DNA of 38,345 bases from contig CACKQA010000003.1 in assembly GCA_902602135.1 (NCBI GenBank), positions 1 through 38,345 of the forward strand. Direction: 5' to 3'. Shown in pieces: positions 9,175 to 18,385 of this stretch. The stretch's first letter is position 1. Each line of letters starts with the position of its first letter. This DNA is from an uncultured Alphaproteobacteria bacterium. Its GTDB lineage: Bacteria; Pseudomonadota; Alphaproteobacteria; HIMB59; GCA-002718135. The notes beneath the pieces were generated by a model. That model was not told the DNA's origin and ran no database searches. It was given only the letters and a program-made list of their open reading frames with translations. A program made the position numbers and the translations under genes.

Positions 9175-10581
9175 TCATTCAGCCAAAACCCATGTGTCTT
9201 TCACACCGCCTCCTTGGCTAGAATTTACAACAAACGAACCTTCATTCATTGCAACTCTAGTTAAACCACCAGAACTTAATTGAGCCTGCTCTCCAATTAA
9301 ACAAAATGGACGTAAATCTACCCTTCTTCCCTCAACTTGATTTTTGATTAGTGTTGGTGAAAATGAAAGATCAAGTAAAGGTTGAGCTATATATCCTTTT
9401 GGATTTGTTGACAGTTTTGTTTTAAATTCATCTATAGAGGATTTAGAAGATTTTGGACCTATTAACATCCCATAACCTCCAGATCCATCAACCTCTTTTA
9501 CGACAAGTTCATTTATATTATCTAAAACATATTTTAATTCTTGTTCCTTTTCGCAATTCCATGTTTCAACATTATCTAAGATTGGTTGTTCACCTAAATA
9601 AAATTTTATCATCTCAGGCACATATATATAAATTGCTTTATCATCGGCTATACCTGCTCCAGGAGCTGAACAAATATTAACACCTCCGGTTCTATAAACA
9701 TCCATAATTCCTGGAATGCCAATTACAGATTGAGGATTAAAACAGAGAGGATCTAAAAAATCATCATCTATTCTTCTATAAACAACATCTACTCTCTTTG
9801 GGCCATCTACTGTTTTCATATAAAGGTATTTACCTTCGACAAATAGATCGGTTGATTCAACCATTTCAATACCCATTTGATCTGATAAAAAACTATGTTC
9901 GTAATAAGCACTATTCAATGGACCAGGTGTAAGTAATACGCATACAGGTTCTGGATTTTCGCATTTAATAGGAGCCAAGCTCATCAAAGTTTGTAAAAGT
10001 CTTGTAGGATAATCATCTATTGGCGTTACTCTATTGTTATGAAATAGATCAGGAAACATTCGCATCATTATTTCTCTATTTTCTAGCATGTAGGAAACAC
10101 CACTTGGCGTTCGACAATTATCTTCCAAAACAAAATACTCGTTTGGACCTGTTCTAACTAAATCAATACCAATTATAGGACTATAAATGTCTCTAGGAGG
10201 TGAAAAACCAAACATTGAAGGTTCAAAAGATTTTTTTTTGTAAATAATTTCTTTAGGAATTATATTGGCTTTTATTATTTCACCTTGATTATAAATATCA
10301 GCAAGAAACGCATTAAGTGCTTTAGCTCTTTGGATTACTCCTCTTTCTAGCCTTAACCATTCTGTATAAGTAAATATCCTTGGAATTAAATCAAACGGAA
10401 TAATTCTTTCTCTTGCAGTTTCGTTATTTGTAGAAAATGTAATTCCAATATTTCTAAAATGAGATTCAGCTTCAGCATTCTTTTCAAGAATAACTTTTGA
10501 AGTCATTTGATCCAACCAATCATTAATATTGTTATAATGTTTTCTTATAACTGACTCAGATTGATACATTTCATTAAACAT
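9175..10581 (-). CDS. Circularly permuted type 2 ATP-grasp protein (peptide/amide ligase)
   Basis: ERIIPFDLIPR, LEDNCRTPSGVSY, YRRIDDDFLDPL, DGSGGYG and VVNSSQGGGVKDTWV. GAGG SD precedes TTG(10584)/ATG(10581). Confidence 0.93.
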   Translation of the reverse strand: MFNEMYQSESVIRKHYNNINDWLDQMTSKVILEKNAEAESHFRNIGITFSTNNETARERIIPFDLIPRIFTYTEWLRLERGVIQRAKALNAFLADIYNQGEIIKANIIPKEIIYKKKSFEPSMFGFSPPRDIYSPIIGIDLVRTGPNEYFVLEDNCRTPSGVSYMLENREIMMRMFPDLFHNNRVTPIDDYPTRLLQTLMSLAPIKCENPEPVCVLLTPGPLNSAYYEHSFLSDQMGIEMVESTDLFVEGKYLYMKTVDGPKRVDVVYRRIDDDFLDPLCFNPQSVIGIPGIMDVYRTGGVNICSAPGAGIADDKAIYIYVPEMIKFYLGEQPILDNVETWNCEKEQELKYVLDNINELVVKEVDGSGGYGMLIGPKSSKSSIDEFKTKLSTNPKGYIAQPLLDLSFSPTLIKNQVEGRRVDLRPFCLIGEQAQLSSGGLTRVAMNEGSFVVNSSQGGGVKDTWVLAE

Positions 10582-10708
10582 CAATGAGTAAACCTCTTGA
10601 GATTTGAATAGAATAATTTTTTATTATCTAACTTTTTAACCATAGTTATAACAAACCTTTCATATCCGTTACAATTCATGCTTAGCTATGGAAATTAATT
10701 ATAAGATC

Positions 10709-10761
10709 CGCGTTCCTTCGGCTTTAGCTTACTTCCGATCTGTTAATACAGATTGAACGAT
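10709..10761 (-). ncRNA. Glutamine riboswitch aptamer (glnA RNA motif), gene-proximal copy
   Basis: Minus strand reads AUCGUUCA-AUCUGU(AUUA)ACAGAU-CGGAAGUA-AGC(UAAA)GCC-GAAGGAACGCG: P1 CGUUC/GAACG, P2 hairpin, conserved CGGAAGUA and GAAGGAACGC. Confidence 0.9.
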
Positions 10762-10774
10762 TTAATAACTTGCA

Positions 10775-10828
10775 TGCGTTCCTTCAACTTTCGTTTACTT
10801 CCGTTTTGAATTATTCAAAATGAACGAT
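10775..10828 (-). ncRNA. Glutamine riboswitch aptamer (glnA RNA motif), gene-distal copy
   Basis: Minus strand reads AUCGUUCA-UUUUGAA(UAA)UUCAAAA-CGGAAGUA-AAC(GAAA)GUU-GAAGGAACGCA: same core with different but fully paired P2 and P3. Confidence 0.9.
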
Positions 10829-10930
10829 GAATTTTTAATAATAAAATTTATTTATTTTTAAAAATGAATTTCATACTTATTTGATATGCGTTTTTTGCAT
10901 ATACAAAATAATATTGAATTACTTACGCTT

Positions 10931-11638
10931 TTAATAGTCTTTTATCGATCTAAGAAAACAAATATAAATAAAATAACCCGTACAAATTAGCCATATTAAA
11001 AGAACAATTGTATCATTTATAATTAAGTTTATTTCTGATTTTGTTACTAATCGTAGTGTTGTTGCTGCCCAAACAACAGTAAAAAAAATCGTTAAATTTC
11101 TAAATGATTTTACTCTTAGTGGATGAACAAACTTCCATGGAACGAATGTCAATACTGATAGAACAATTATCACAATTAAGTTTATCCATTCATTTGTATT
11201 TAATATAAAGAAATATAAAACCACAACATTCCAGACTGCAGGAAAACCTTGGAAATAATAATCATCCGTTTTCATATTCACATTGATAAAAGTGTACAAA
11301 GAAACTCCAAATATAAGAGCAGGCATAATCATTTCAAAACCTGATGGTACCATCTGAAACCAGTAAATCATTAAAGCTGGGTTAATAACGTAATTCAGAT
11401 AATCAATAATGGAATCTAAAATAATTCCATCTAGATTTGGCGCCTTTTCCTCAACACCAACCTTCCTGGCTAAAGTTCCATCAACTCCATCTACAAGTAA
11501 GGCCATACCAAGCCATAAAAAACTACCTACTTGATCATTATTTAATATTGATATTAAGGCAAGAAAACCAAGTATAGCTCCAGAACCAGTGAAGGCATGC
11601 ACACCCCATGCGGATATTTGATCTTTATCAACTTTCAT
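10931..11638 (-). CDS. pcs: Phosphatidylcholine synthase (CDP-alcohol phosphatidyltransferase)
   Basis: VHAFTGSG, DGVDGTLAR...DGIILDSIIDYLNY, KTDDYYFQGFPAVWN and FVHPLRV. Confidence 0.85.
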   Translation of the reverse strand: MKVDKDQISAWGVHAFTGSGAILGFLALISILNNDQVGSFLWLGMALLVDGVDGTLARKVGVEEKAPNLDGIILDSIIDYLNYVINPALMIYWFQMVPSGFEMIMPALIFGVSLYTFINVNMKTDDYYFQGFPAVWNVVVLYFFILNTNEWINLIVIIVLSVLTFVPWKFVHPLRVKSFRNLTIFFTVVWAATTLRLVTKSEINLIINDTIVLLIWLICTGYFIYICFLRSIKDY

Positions 11639-11734
11639 AAATGTTTTTGGTCTTTATCATTAAAATAAAAGAAAATAAAATTTTTGAAAAAAGAGTAGAA
11701 AAATTAAGGTTTTAAGGGATTTTTTAAATTATAT

Positions 11735-12112
11735 TTATAACAAGTTTATAATATCACTATCTCCTTCAGCAAAATTATAATTTTTAAAATCATTTTTTGT
11801 AACCCAAGCAGAATTCTCGTGTTCATTCAAAATAATTTCACCATTAACATGAGAGCATATAAAATAATGTAATTTCACATTTATTTTGTCATCTTGATAA
11901 TTTTCTTCACCTAATTTGTTTTTTATATTTATTTCTATATTAAGTTCTTCTTTTATTTCTCTTTTTAATGCTATGTCAAAAGTTTCCCCTTTTTCCACTT
12001 TTCCACCTGGAAACTCCCAACTTAATCCCATATGTTTATTTCTATTTCTTTGCGCAATAAAATATTTGCCATTTTTTACTATTATTGCTGCAACAACATC
12101 GAATTTATCCAT
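11735..12112 (-). CDS. NUDIX (deoxy)nucleoside triphosphate pyrophosphohydrolase, MutT/NudG-like
   Basis: Nudix box WEFPGGKVEKGETFDIALKREIKEEL. Confidence 0.88.
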   Translation of the reverse strand: MDKFDVVAAIIVKNGKYFIAQRNRNKHMGLSWEFPGGKVEKGETFDIALKREIKEELNIEINIKNKLGEENYQDDKINVKLHYFICSHVNGEIILNEHENSAWVTKNDFKNYNFAEGDSDIINLL

Positions 12113-13590
12113 TAATTGGTATTATCAATAATAAACTGATTTGCTTTTTTTATAATATGATTTTTTCTCTCTGTATTCATTTTATCATAGATATTAACCA
12201 TCATATTTAAACGTGGATTAGATTGAAAAAATTTTCTATTTTTATTAATAAAACGCCAATACAATCCATCCATAACATCATTCCAATTACCTTTTTTAAA
12301 ATTCATCATTTTCATAAAATAACTTGAACCACAAATATATGGTTTGGTACTAAATATACCTCCATCACTAAATAATCCCATACCATAAACATTAGGTGAC
12401 ATTACCCAATCAGAACTATCTACAAACATTTCCATGAACCAATTATAAACTTCATTGGGTTTAATTTCACATAAGTTCATAATGTTACATAAAACCATTA
12501 ACCTCTCAATGTGATGTGTGTAACCATATTTTTGAGCATTTTTAATTGAGTGATCTAAAGGATCTAATCCGGTTGTACCGTCATACCATTTTTTAGTAAG
12601 GGAATTTTTATGTTGAAAGAAATTATTTTCTTCTAATTGTTGATCATAATTTTGGTAAATTCCCCTAATGAATTCTCTCCATCCAATAATTTGCCTAATA
12701 TAACCTTCGTAAGAATTAATTTTAATTCTATTTTCAACTTTTCTTATCCTCTCAATAATTAGATCTGGTGTTAATAAACCTAAATTAATCATGGGGCTTA
12801 GAACACTATGAAATAAAAAGTTATTATTAGTATCAACAGCATCTTCGTAATCACCAAATAAATTAAATTTTTTAATAATAAAATAATCTAACCATTTAAC
12901 TGCATCATCATAAGTTGTAGGTAGCCAAAAATTATCAACTTGGCCAGGGTGATTTTTAAAAATTGTGTTTATTTGTTGTTTTAAAGCTTTTGTATGCTTT
13001 GTTTCTTTTGCAGTAATCATTTCTGGAATTTTAATATCTTTAGGGAGTTTTTTTCTGTTATCTTCATCAAAGCTCCATTTTCCACCCTTGGGCTTATTAT
13101 TTTCCATCAAAATATCTATTTTTGCACGGGCAATTTTATAAAAATTTGCCATAAAGGGTTTTTTTGTTTTACTTAAATAATTTTTAAATTCATCTCTTGA
13201 ATTTAAAAACATGGGTGATTGTATAAAAGTTAATTTAATTTTATTTTTTTTACATAAGGTGCTTATTTTTTTTTCAAAAAATTTATCTTCAATTTCAAAA
13301 GAAATTAATTCTTCAAATTTATTTTTTTTTATAAAATTTTCTAATTTTTTTTTGTAGGATATTTTAAAATCCTTTTTTAAATCAATATAATTTACTTGAA
13401 ATTTATTTTTTTTTAGTTCATCAGCATAAGATCTCATTGATGACAGAAAAAGAATGAGTTTTAATTTATGATGTTTTTGAAAAGTACAAAGATCAAAACT
13501 TTCACACATAAAAATAGTTGAGTCTTTATATTTTCTTAGGTGTTTATGCGGAAATAATTGATTTCCAAGAATTAAAAATACACTTTTCAT
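12112..13590 (-). CDS. phrB: Cryptochrome/photolyase-family bacterial (6-4) photolyase (PhrB/CryB clade), lacking Fe-S cysteines
   Basis: ILGNQLF, HKLKL, GGKWSFDEDNR, FGDYEDA, RQIIGWRE, HHIERLM and TKPY motifs. Confidence 0.85.
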   Translation of the reverse strand: MKSVFLILGNQLFPHKHLRKYKDSTIFMCESFDLCTFQKHHKLKLILFLSSMRSYADELKKNKFQVNYIDLKKDFKISYKKKLENFIKKNKFEELISFEIEDKFFEKKISTLCKKNKIKLTFIQSPMFLNSRDEFKNYLSKTKKPFMANFYKIARAKIDILMENNKPKGGKWSFDEDNRKKLPKDIKIPEMITAKETKHTKALKQQINTIFKNHPGQVDNFWLPTTYDDAVKWLDYFIIKKFNLFGDYEDAVDTNNNFLFHSVLSPMINLGLLTPDLIIERIRKVENRIKINSYEGYIRQIIGWREFIRGIYQNYDQQLEENNFFQHKNSLTKKWYDGTTGLDPLDHSIKNAQKYGYTHHIERLMVLCNIMNLCEIKPNEVYNWFMEMFVDSSDWVMSPNVYGMGLFSDGGIFSTKPYICGSSYFMKMMNFKKGNWNDVMDGLYWRFINKNRKFFQSNPRLNMMVNIYDKMNTERKNHIIKKANQFIIDNTN

Positions 13591-13686
13591 CAGTATTTAA
13601 ATAGTAAGTTATTATAAAATTTATATGATTTATTAAAATTAATTGCTTATTTTAGACAATTTTTAACTATAATAATTGATAAATTA

Positions 13687-14196
13687 ATGACCAAATTAGT
13701 AAATTTATTTGTAATTCCGCTTATAATTAGTTTTGCACTAATCTCTTGTAATACAACATCTCCAAATAAGGTAAAAAAATCTGATGCACAAAAAGTAACT
13801 AATATTGAATATGGAACAATTAAAACCTCTCTTCCAGTAAAAATTGAAGGTGAAAGTGATTGGATTGGAGCAACTGCTGGAGCAATGATAGGAGGTCTTT
13901 TAGCATCTCAAATATGTGGAGAAGAAGAAATATTAGGAACAAAGTGTCAAGATATAGCAATAGTATATGGAACTATTGGAGGAGCTGCTATGGGCTCTGT
14001 AATACAAGCTAAAATTGGCAATCATGATGGCTTCCAATATATAGTGAATATTGATGAATGTGGTAATAACACTTCTAATTGTAAAAATGATCAAGAAAAG
14101 GCTTTTGTACAAGGAGATAATAATGCCCTTCCGAATGGGCAAAGAGTTGTAATTATTTACGGTGATGTAATAAGAGTTATGCCTTATGAAGAATAA
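13687..14196 (+). CDS. Glycine-zipper outer-membrane lipoprotein (SlyB/Pcp-like)
   Basis: Lipobox LISC; GATAGAMIGG and GTIGGAAMG zippers; C-terminal VQG...GQRV. Confidence 0.75.
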   Translation: MTKLVNLFVIPLIISFALISCNTTSPNKVKKSDAQKVTNIEYGTIKTSLPVKIEGESDWIGATAGAMIGGLLASQICGEEEILGTKCQDIAIVYGTIGGAAMGSVIQAKIGNHDGFQYIVNIDECGNNTSNCKNDQEKAFVQGDNNALPNGQRVVIIYGDVIRVMPYEE

Positions 14197-15043
14197 TTTA
14201 GTAAAATTAATTTTTAGTATTTTTTTATTATTACCATTTCACCTGAATGCAGAATTAATATTTGAAGATAATTTTCCAAAAGATATGCAAGGTATTTGGA
14301 GTGATGATTGTGACGCAGAATATCAAGTATTTATAATATCAAATAATACAAGTATGTGGATTGACGAGACATATGTTGGCTTTAATGTGTCCAAAACCTC
14401 AAAGGTACAAGATTGGTCAGCTTATAAATGGGGAGAATTAGATGGAAGTTATTATTATTTTTTAAAAAAAGATGGTGATAATTTACTTGAAGTTACTGCT
14501 CCTGACGGTTGGGATGGTATAGATTATTCTTTTTTAAATTCATCAGAGTATTCTGTTTATGAAAAATGTGAATCAATCCCTAGTGTCTATCAAATTATTT
14601 ATGGAGAAATTATTAACTTAATGAATTCTCAATTAATTGAAACATGTAATAATGATAGCAATCCCGCAAATTGTATTAATGAAACTTTTTCATTTTTAGA
14701 TGTATCACAAGATGATGAATTATCTGTAGCAGAATTAACACGTGCAGCAAGAATAGCTATTTATTTTACCTTTATTGACAAAAGACAAGACGAAGACAGA
14801 GAAATAGGATTTGCAACTTATACAACTACATCTCTAATATTTCCTACATTATCAAAAATATTAATTGGGAATTATGATTATGATAATTCAAATACAATTT
14901 CTTTAAAAGAAATTTATACGGATCGTATTGATACGTTAGACTATCAAAATTTATTTAAAGAAAATTTAAAAGGACTAAATCCAGAAGAGTTAAGACGATT
15001 AATTGAAAACTTAGATTTCCTAAAATCATTAATGCTAAATTAA
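14186..15043 (+). CDS. Secreted hypothetical protein with two EF-hand-like loops
   Basis: Signal peptide; loops DVSQDDELSVAE and DYDNSNTISLKE. Confidence 0.65.
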   Translation: MKNNLVKLIFSIFLLLPFHLNAELIFEDNFPKDMQGIWSDDCDAEYQVFIISNNTSMWIDETYVGFNVSKTSKVQDWSAYKWGELDGSYYYFLKKDGDNLLEVTAPDGWDGIDYSFLNSSEYSVYEKCESIPSVYQIIYGEIINLMNSQLIETCNNDSNPANCINETFSFLDVSQDDELSVAELTRAARIAIYFTFIDKRQDEDREIGFATYTTTSLIFPTLSKILIGNYDYDNSNTISLKEIYTDRIDTLDYQNLFKENLKGLNPEELRRLIENLDFLKSLMLN

Positions 15044-15087
15044 TTTAGTGTCTTGACTTTTAAGTATAATTTTAATTATAAATAGAT

Positions 15088-15171
15088 ATGAACAAAAGAA
15101 ATTTATACGCGGCTATTGCGATAGTATTTATCTTCGCTGCTTTAAATTTAACTATATATTTTTTCTATTAA
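15088..15171 (+). CDS. Putative 27-aa single-pass membrane peptide
   Basis: MNKRNLYAAIAIVFIFAALNLTIYFFY, below the ORF-track cutoff; TTGACT-N18-TATAAA just upstream. Confidence 0.45.
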   Translation: MNKRNLYAAIAIVFIFAALNLTIYFFY

Positions 15172-15174
15172 ATT

Positions 15175-15378
15175 ATGGTTATCAGAAGAAAATCTAGTAT
15201 TTATAAAAAATTGTATGAAATTAATGGTCAAAAAATGATGTTTGGTCACGATAATATACATTTCAAAACAATAAACTTACCTGCAAAACAGAGATACAAA
15301 AATCTATGTAGTAAATTTGGTTTAAAAAAAATTAAATCTTCAGTTAAAAAAAATTTTCAAATAATAAATATTAATTAA
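15175..15378 (+). CDS. Small basic hypothetical protein
   Basis: 67-aa ORF that fills the gap and abuts the next gene's GTG. Confidence 0.5.
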   Translation: MVIRRKSSIYKKLYEINGQKMMFGHDNIHFKTINLPAKQRYKNLCSKFGLKKIKSSVKKNFQIININ

Positions 15379-16356
15379 GTGAAAAATATTGCAATAATTG
15401 GAGCTGGGATGACTGGCTTGTCTCTTGCTTATAATCTTCAAGAACATAATATTTATATTTTTGATAAATCATGGAGACCAGGAGGAAGAGTCTCTACTAG
15501 AAAGCATGATAATTATCTTTTTGATCATGGCGCACATTATTTATCGACAAATCATTCTGTAAATCAATTAAATGAAGTAGTAACTAAATATAACTTGGGA
15601 CAAATAATAGAAATAGATTTTGCAACAGATTATTTAAAAAATAAAAAAACTAGAAAAAAAATTATTATTGGTCAAAATGGAATGAATTCTATTCCAAAGT
15701 CTATTTTTGATAATATTAAAGTAAATAGTTATTTAAATTCAAAAATAATTAAAATTTCAAAAAATAGTAATGATCTCTTCTCACTATTTTCTGAAAAGGA
15801 AGAAATTAAAGATTTTGATTATGTTTTAATTTGTATACCTTATTTACAATCAAAAGAACTTTCAAAAGATTTAATTGATTTTACTCAAATTGTTAACGAG
15901 CCATCTTATGACCCCATACATACTGTAATGTTAAGCTATAAGGATAATAATAACATTAATGTTAAAGCTGGATTAAATCTTCATAAAGATATTAGTTTCT
16001 TTATGAATCAAAATATTAAATTTAAAGAATTATCCCATGATTGTTGGGTATTAAATATGAGTTCTGAATATACGAATAACAATATTAACATTGATAAATC
16101 TGATCTAGAAAAATACGCTCAATCAATATTTGAAAAAACATTTGGTATAAAAAATGAGATAAGATTTATTAAATCACACAGATGGCTATATGCACAAACA
16201 AAAGTAAGTTATAATAGTATTTCAAAAAAAAATTGGATTAATTCTAAGGATAATAAAATATTTTTAAGTGGAGACTGGGTTCTAGGAAAAAGTCTAAGCG
16301 ATGCCTGGGATGCAGGTGAAAAATTATCACATTATATTAAGATTTTATCAATTTAA
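15379..16356 (+). CDS. Renalase-like NAD(P)/FAD-dependent oxidoreductase
   Basis: IIGAGMTG, DKSWRPGGRVSTR, FDHGAHY, HRWLYA and GDW. Confidence 0.85.
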   Translation: MKNIAIIGAGMTGLSLAYNLQEHNIYIFDKSWRPGGRVSTRKHDNYLFDHGAHYLSTNHSVNQLNEVVTKYNLGQIIEIDFATDYLKNKKTRKKIIIGQNGMNSIPKSIFDNIKVNSYLNSKIIKISKNSNDLFSLFSEKEEIKDFDYVLICIPYLQSKELSKDLIDFTQIVNEPSYDPIHTVMLSYKDNNNINVKAGLNLHKDISFFMNQNIKFKELSHDCWVLNMSSEYTNNNINIDKSDLEKYAQSIFEKTFGIKNEIRFIKSHRWLYAQTKVSYNSISKKNWINSKDNKIFLSGDWVLGKSLSDAWDAGEKLSHYIKILSI

Positions 16357-16358
16357 TA

Positions 16359-17549
16359 TTAATTATTAAAATATCTTTTAATATTTTTAGCTGCCTGTCT
16401 TATTCTTTGAGTATTTTCTACTAGACCAATACGAACAAATCCCTCGCCTCCTTTTCCAAAAGCTAAACCAGGAGCTACTGCAACGTCGGCATTTATCATT
16501 AAATTTTTGGCAAACTTCATAGAACCCATTTTTTTATATTTTTTTGGTAAAGGAGCCCATACAAACATTGATGCTTCAGGCTCTGGAATTTTATCCCAAC
16601 CAGCCCTTTCAAAAGATTCAATTAAAACATCTCTTCTTTTTTTATAAATCTCTCTTATTTCTTCTACACATCTTTGAGATCCATTTAAAGCTGCAGTGGC
16701 TGCTACTTGCACAGGAGTAAAAGCACCATAGTCTACATAAGATTTAATTTTTGTTAATGCTTCAATTAATGTTTTGTTTCCAACAGCAAAACCTATTCTC
16801 CATCCTGCCATTGCATAAGTTTTAGATAAAGTCGTAAATTCAACAGCTATGTTCTTAGCTCCATTAACTTCTAATATTGATGGAGGTGGATATTTACCAA
16901 AATAAATTTCAGAATAAGCTAAATCAGATAAAATATAAACTTGATATTTTTTTGCAATTTTTACTAATTCTTTATAAAAATGTAAATCTACTATTTGAGC
17001 TGTTGGATTAGAAGGAAAAGAAACAATAATAACTTTTATTGAAGAGTATTTTTTTAAATTATTAACAATATTTGATAAAAATTTGTTTCTATCGAATTGT
17101 CCATTATAAAATGTTCTTAAAGGTGTTAATTTTGCTCCGGCAATCATAAAACCATATGGATGAACAGGGTATGATGGATCAGGGCATAATATCCTGTCTC
17201 CTCTTGAAGTTATAGCTTGTGCTAAATTTGCTAAACCTTCCTTTGAACCAATTGTTACTATAATTTCACTTGATGGATTTAGATCAACATTAAATCGTTT
17301 TTTATAATATTTAGCTTGAGCTTTTCTTAATCCATTAATGCCTTTTGAAACTGAATAACGTCCAACACCTGGTTTATCTACAACTTCTTTTAATTTCTGT
17401 CTTATGTGAAGAGGTGTTGGCATATCAGGATTGCCCATGCCAAAATCAATAATATCCCTACCTTCTGATCTCAGTTTCATTTTTAATGAATTTATCTCCC
17501 CAAATATATATGGGGGAAGTCTATTAATTCTTTCAAATTTAGATTTCAC
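16359..17549 (-). CDS. alaC: PLP-dependent class I/II aminotransferase, AlaC/LL-DAP aminotransferase-like
   Basis: LPPYIF, DFGMGNPD, GSKEG, FPSNPT, DLAY and PLP lysine in TLSKTYAMAGWRIG. Confidence 0.75.
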   Translation of the reverse strand: MKSKFERINRLPPYIFGEINSLKMKLRSEGRDIIDFGMGNPDMPTPLHIRQKLKEVVDKPGVGRYSVSKGINGLRKAQAKYYKKRFNVDLNPSSEIIVTIGSKEGLANLAQAITSRGDRILCPDPSYPVHPYGFMIAGAKLTPLRTFYNGQFDRNKFLSNIVNNLKKYSSIKVIIVSFPSNPTAQIVDLHFYKELVKIAKKYQVYILSDLAYSEIYFGKYPPPSILEVNGAKNIAVEFTTLSKTYAMAGWRIGFAVGNKTLIEALTKIKSYVDYGAFTPVQVAATAALNGSQRCVEEIREIYKKRRDVLIESFERAGWDKIPEPEASMFVWAPLPKKYKKMGSMKFAKNLMINADVAVAPGLAFGKGGEGFVRIGLVENTQRIRQAAKNIKRYFNN

Positions 17550-17632
17550 TTTTTAAGCAATAATTAATTATTGATAATAATACTAGTTTAAATAAAATTG
17601 ATTTTTAATAATATTATTCCTATTTTTATATT

Positions 17633-18337
17633 GTGATTAAATTTTTTTACTATTTTTTGCCATTTATTGTAATGTTTCTACCAAGTTTATGGGTAAATTA
17701 TATTTTAAAAAAATATAATAAAATTTTACCTGATATGCCTTTCACTGGTAGAGAACTTGGAAAAAAAATACTTGAAGAAGAAAAAATTACCAATGTATCA
17801 ATTAATCCTATTCAGCAATTAGATCATTACAATCCTAAAGAAAAAAAAATACATATCGCTACAGATAAACTTGATAAAAAAAGTATTACAAGCATTGCGG
17901 TTGTTGCACACGAAATTGGTCATGCAATTCAAGATAAAGAAAAATACAAACCACTTATTCTTAGGCAATCATTAATTGAAAAAACAATGATCTTTCAAAG
18001 AATTGGCTCGTTTTTATTAATTATAGGAATACCATCAATATTTGCCTTCACTAAAAGTCCATTTATCACCCTTATTGCTGCGATAATAATAATGGGATGT
18101 TTGTCTACAAATGTGCTAATCCATTTGATTACTCTTCCTGTAGAATTTGATGCAAGTTTTAAGAGAGCGTTACCAATACTCAAAAGATTTGTTCCTAGAG
18201 AGAATATGTACCAATGCAAATCTGTTTTAAGAGCTGCTGCATTGACATATTTAGCTCAATCCATTGTAAGTATATTTAGATTAAAAATAATACTGTTATC
18301 TTTTATCAATATTTTTAAGTCAATTATAAGAAGATAA
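17633..18337 (+). CDS. Membrane neutral zinc metallopeptidase (YugP/Zn_peptidase_2)
   Basis: DHYNP, AHEIGHAIQ, TLPVEFDASxRA and VLRAAALTY. Confidence 0.88.
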   Translation: MIKFFYYFLPFIVMFLPSLWVNYILKKYNKILPDMPFTGRELGKKILEEEKITNVSINPIQQLDHYNPKEKKIHIATDKLDKKSITSIAVVAHEIGHAIQDKEKYKPLILRQSLIEKTMIFQRIGSFLLIIGIPSIFAFTKSPFITLIAAIIIMGCLSTNVLIHLITLPVEFDASFKRALPILKRFVPRENMYQCKSVLRAAALTYLAQSIVSIFRLKIILLSFINIFKSIIRR

Positions 18338-18385
18338 TATTTTTCTCTTTAAAAAAAATGGGAAATTTATTAAGTTAGATAATTA

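Noticed and set aside
8877-9680. Short ORFs 8877-9086, 8919-9104 and 9453-9680
   Set aside because: Lie entirely inside the alpha-E or ATP-grasp genes in other frames, with no motifs.
10709-10828. Near-repeats read as a mini CRISPR array or simple tandem duplication
   Set aside because: Only two units, internal variable stems with compensatory pairing, no cas genes, and a good fit to the glnA aptamer consensus.
10884-10902. ATATGC-N7-GCATAT palindrome as an NtrC site or pcs terminator
   Set aside because: Spacing does not fit TGCAC-N7-GTGCA, the stem is weak and there is no U-tract on the minus strand; it may still be an operator but is unsupported.
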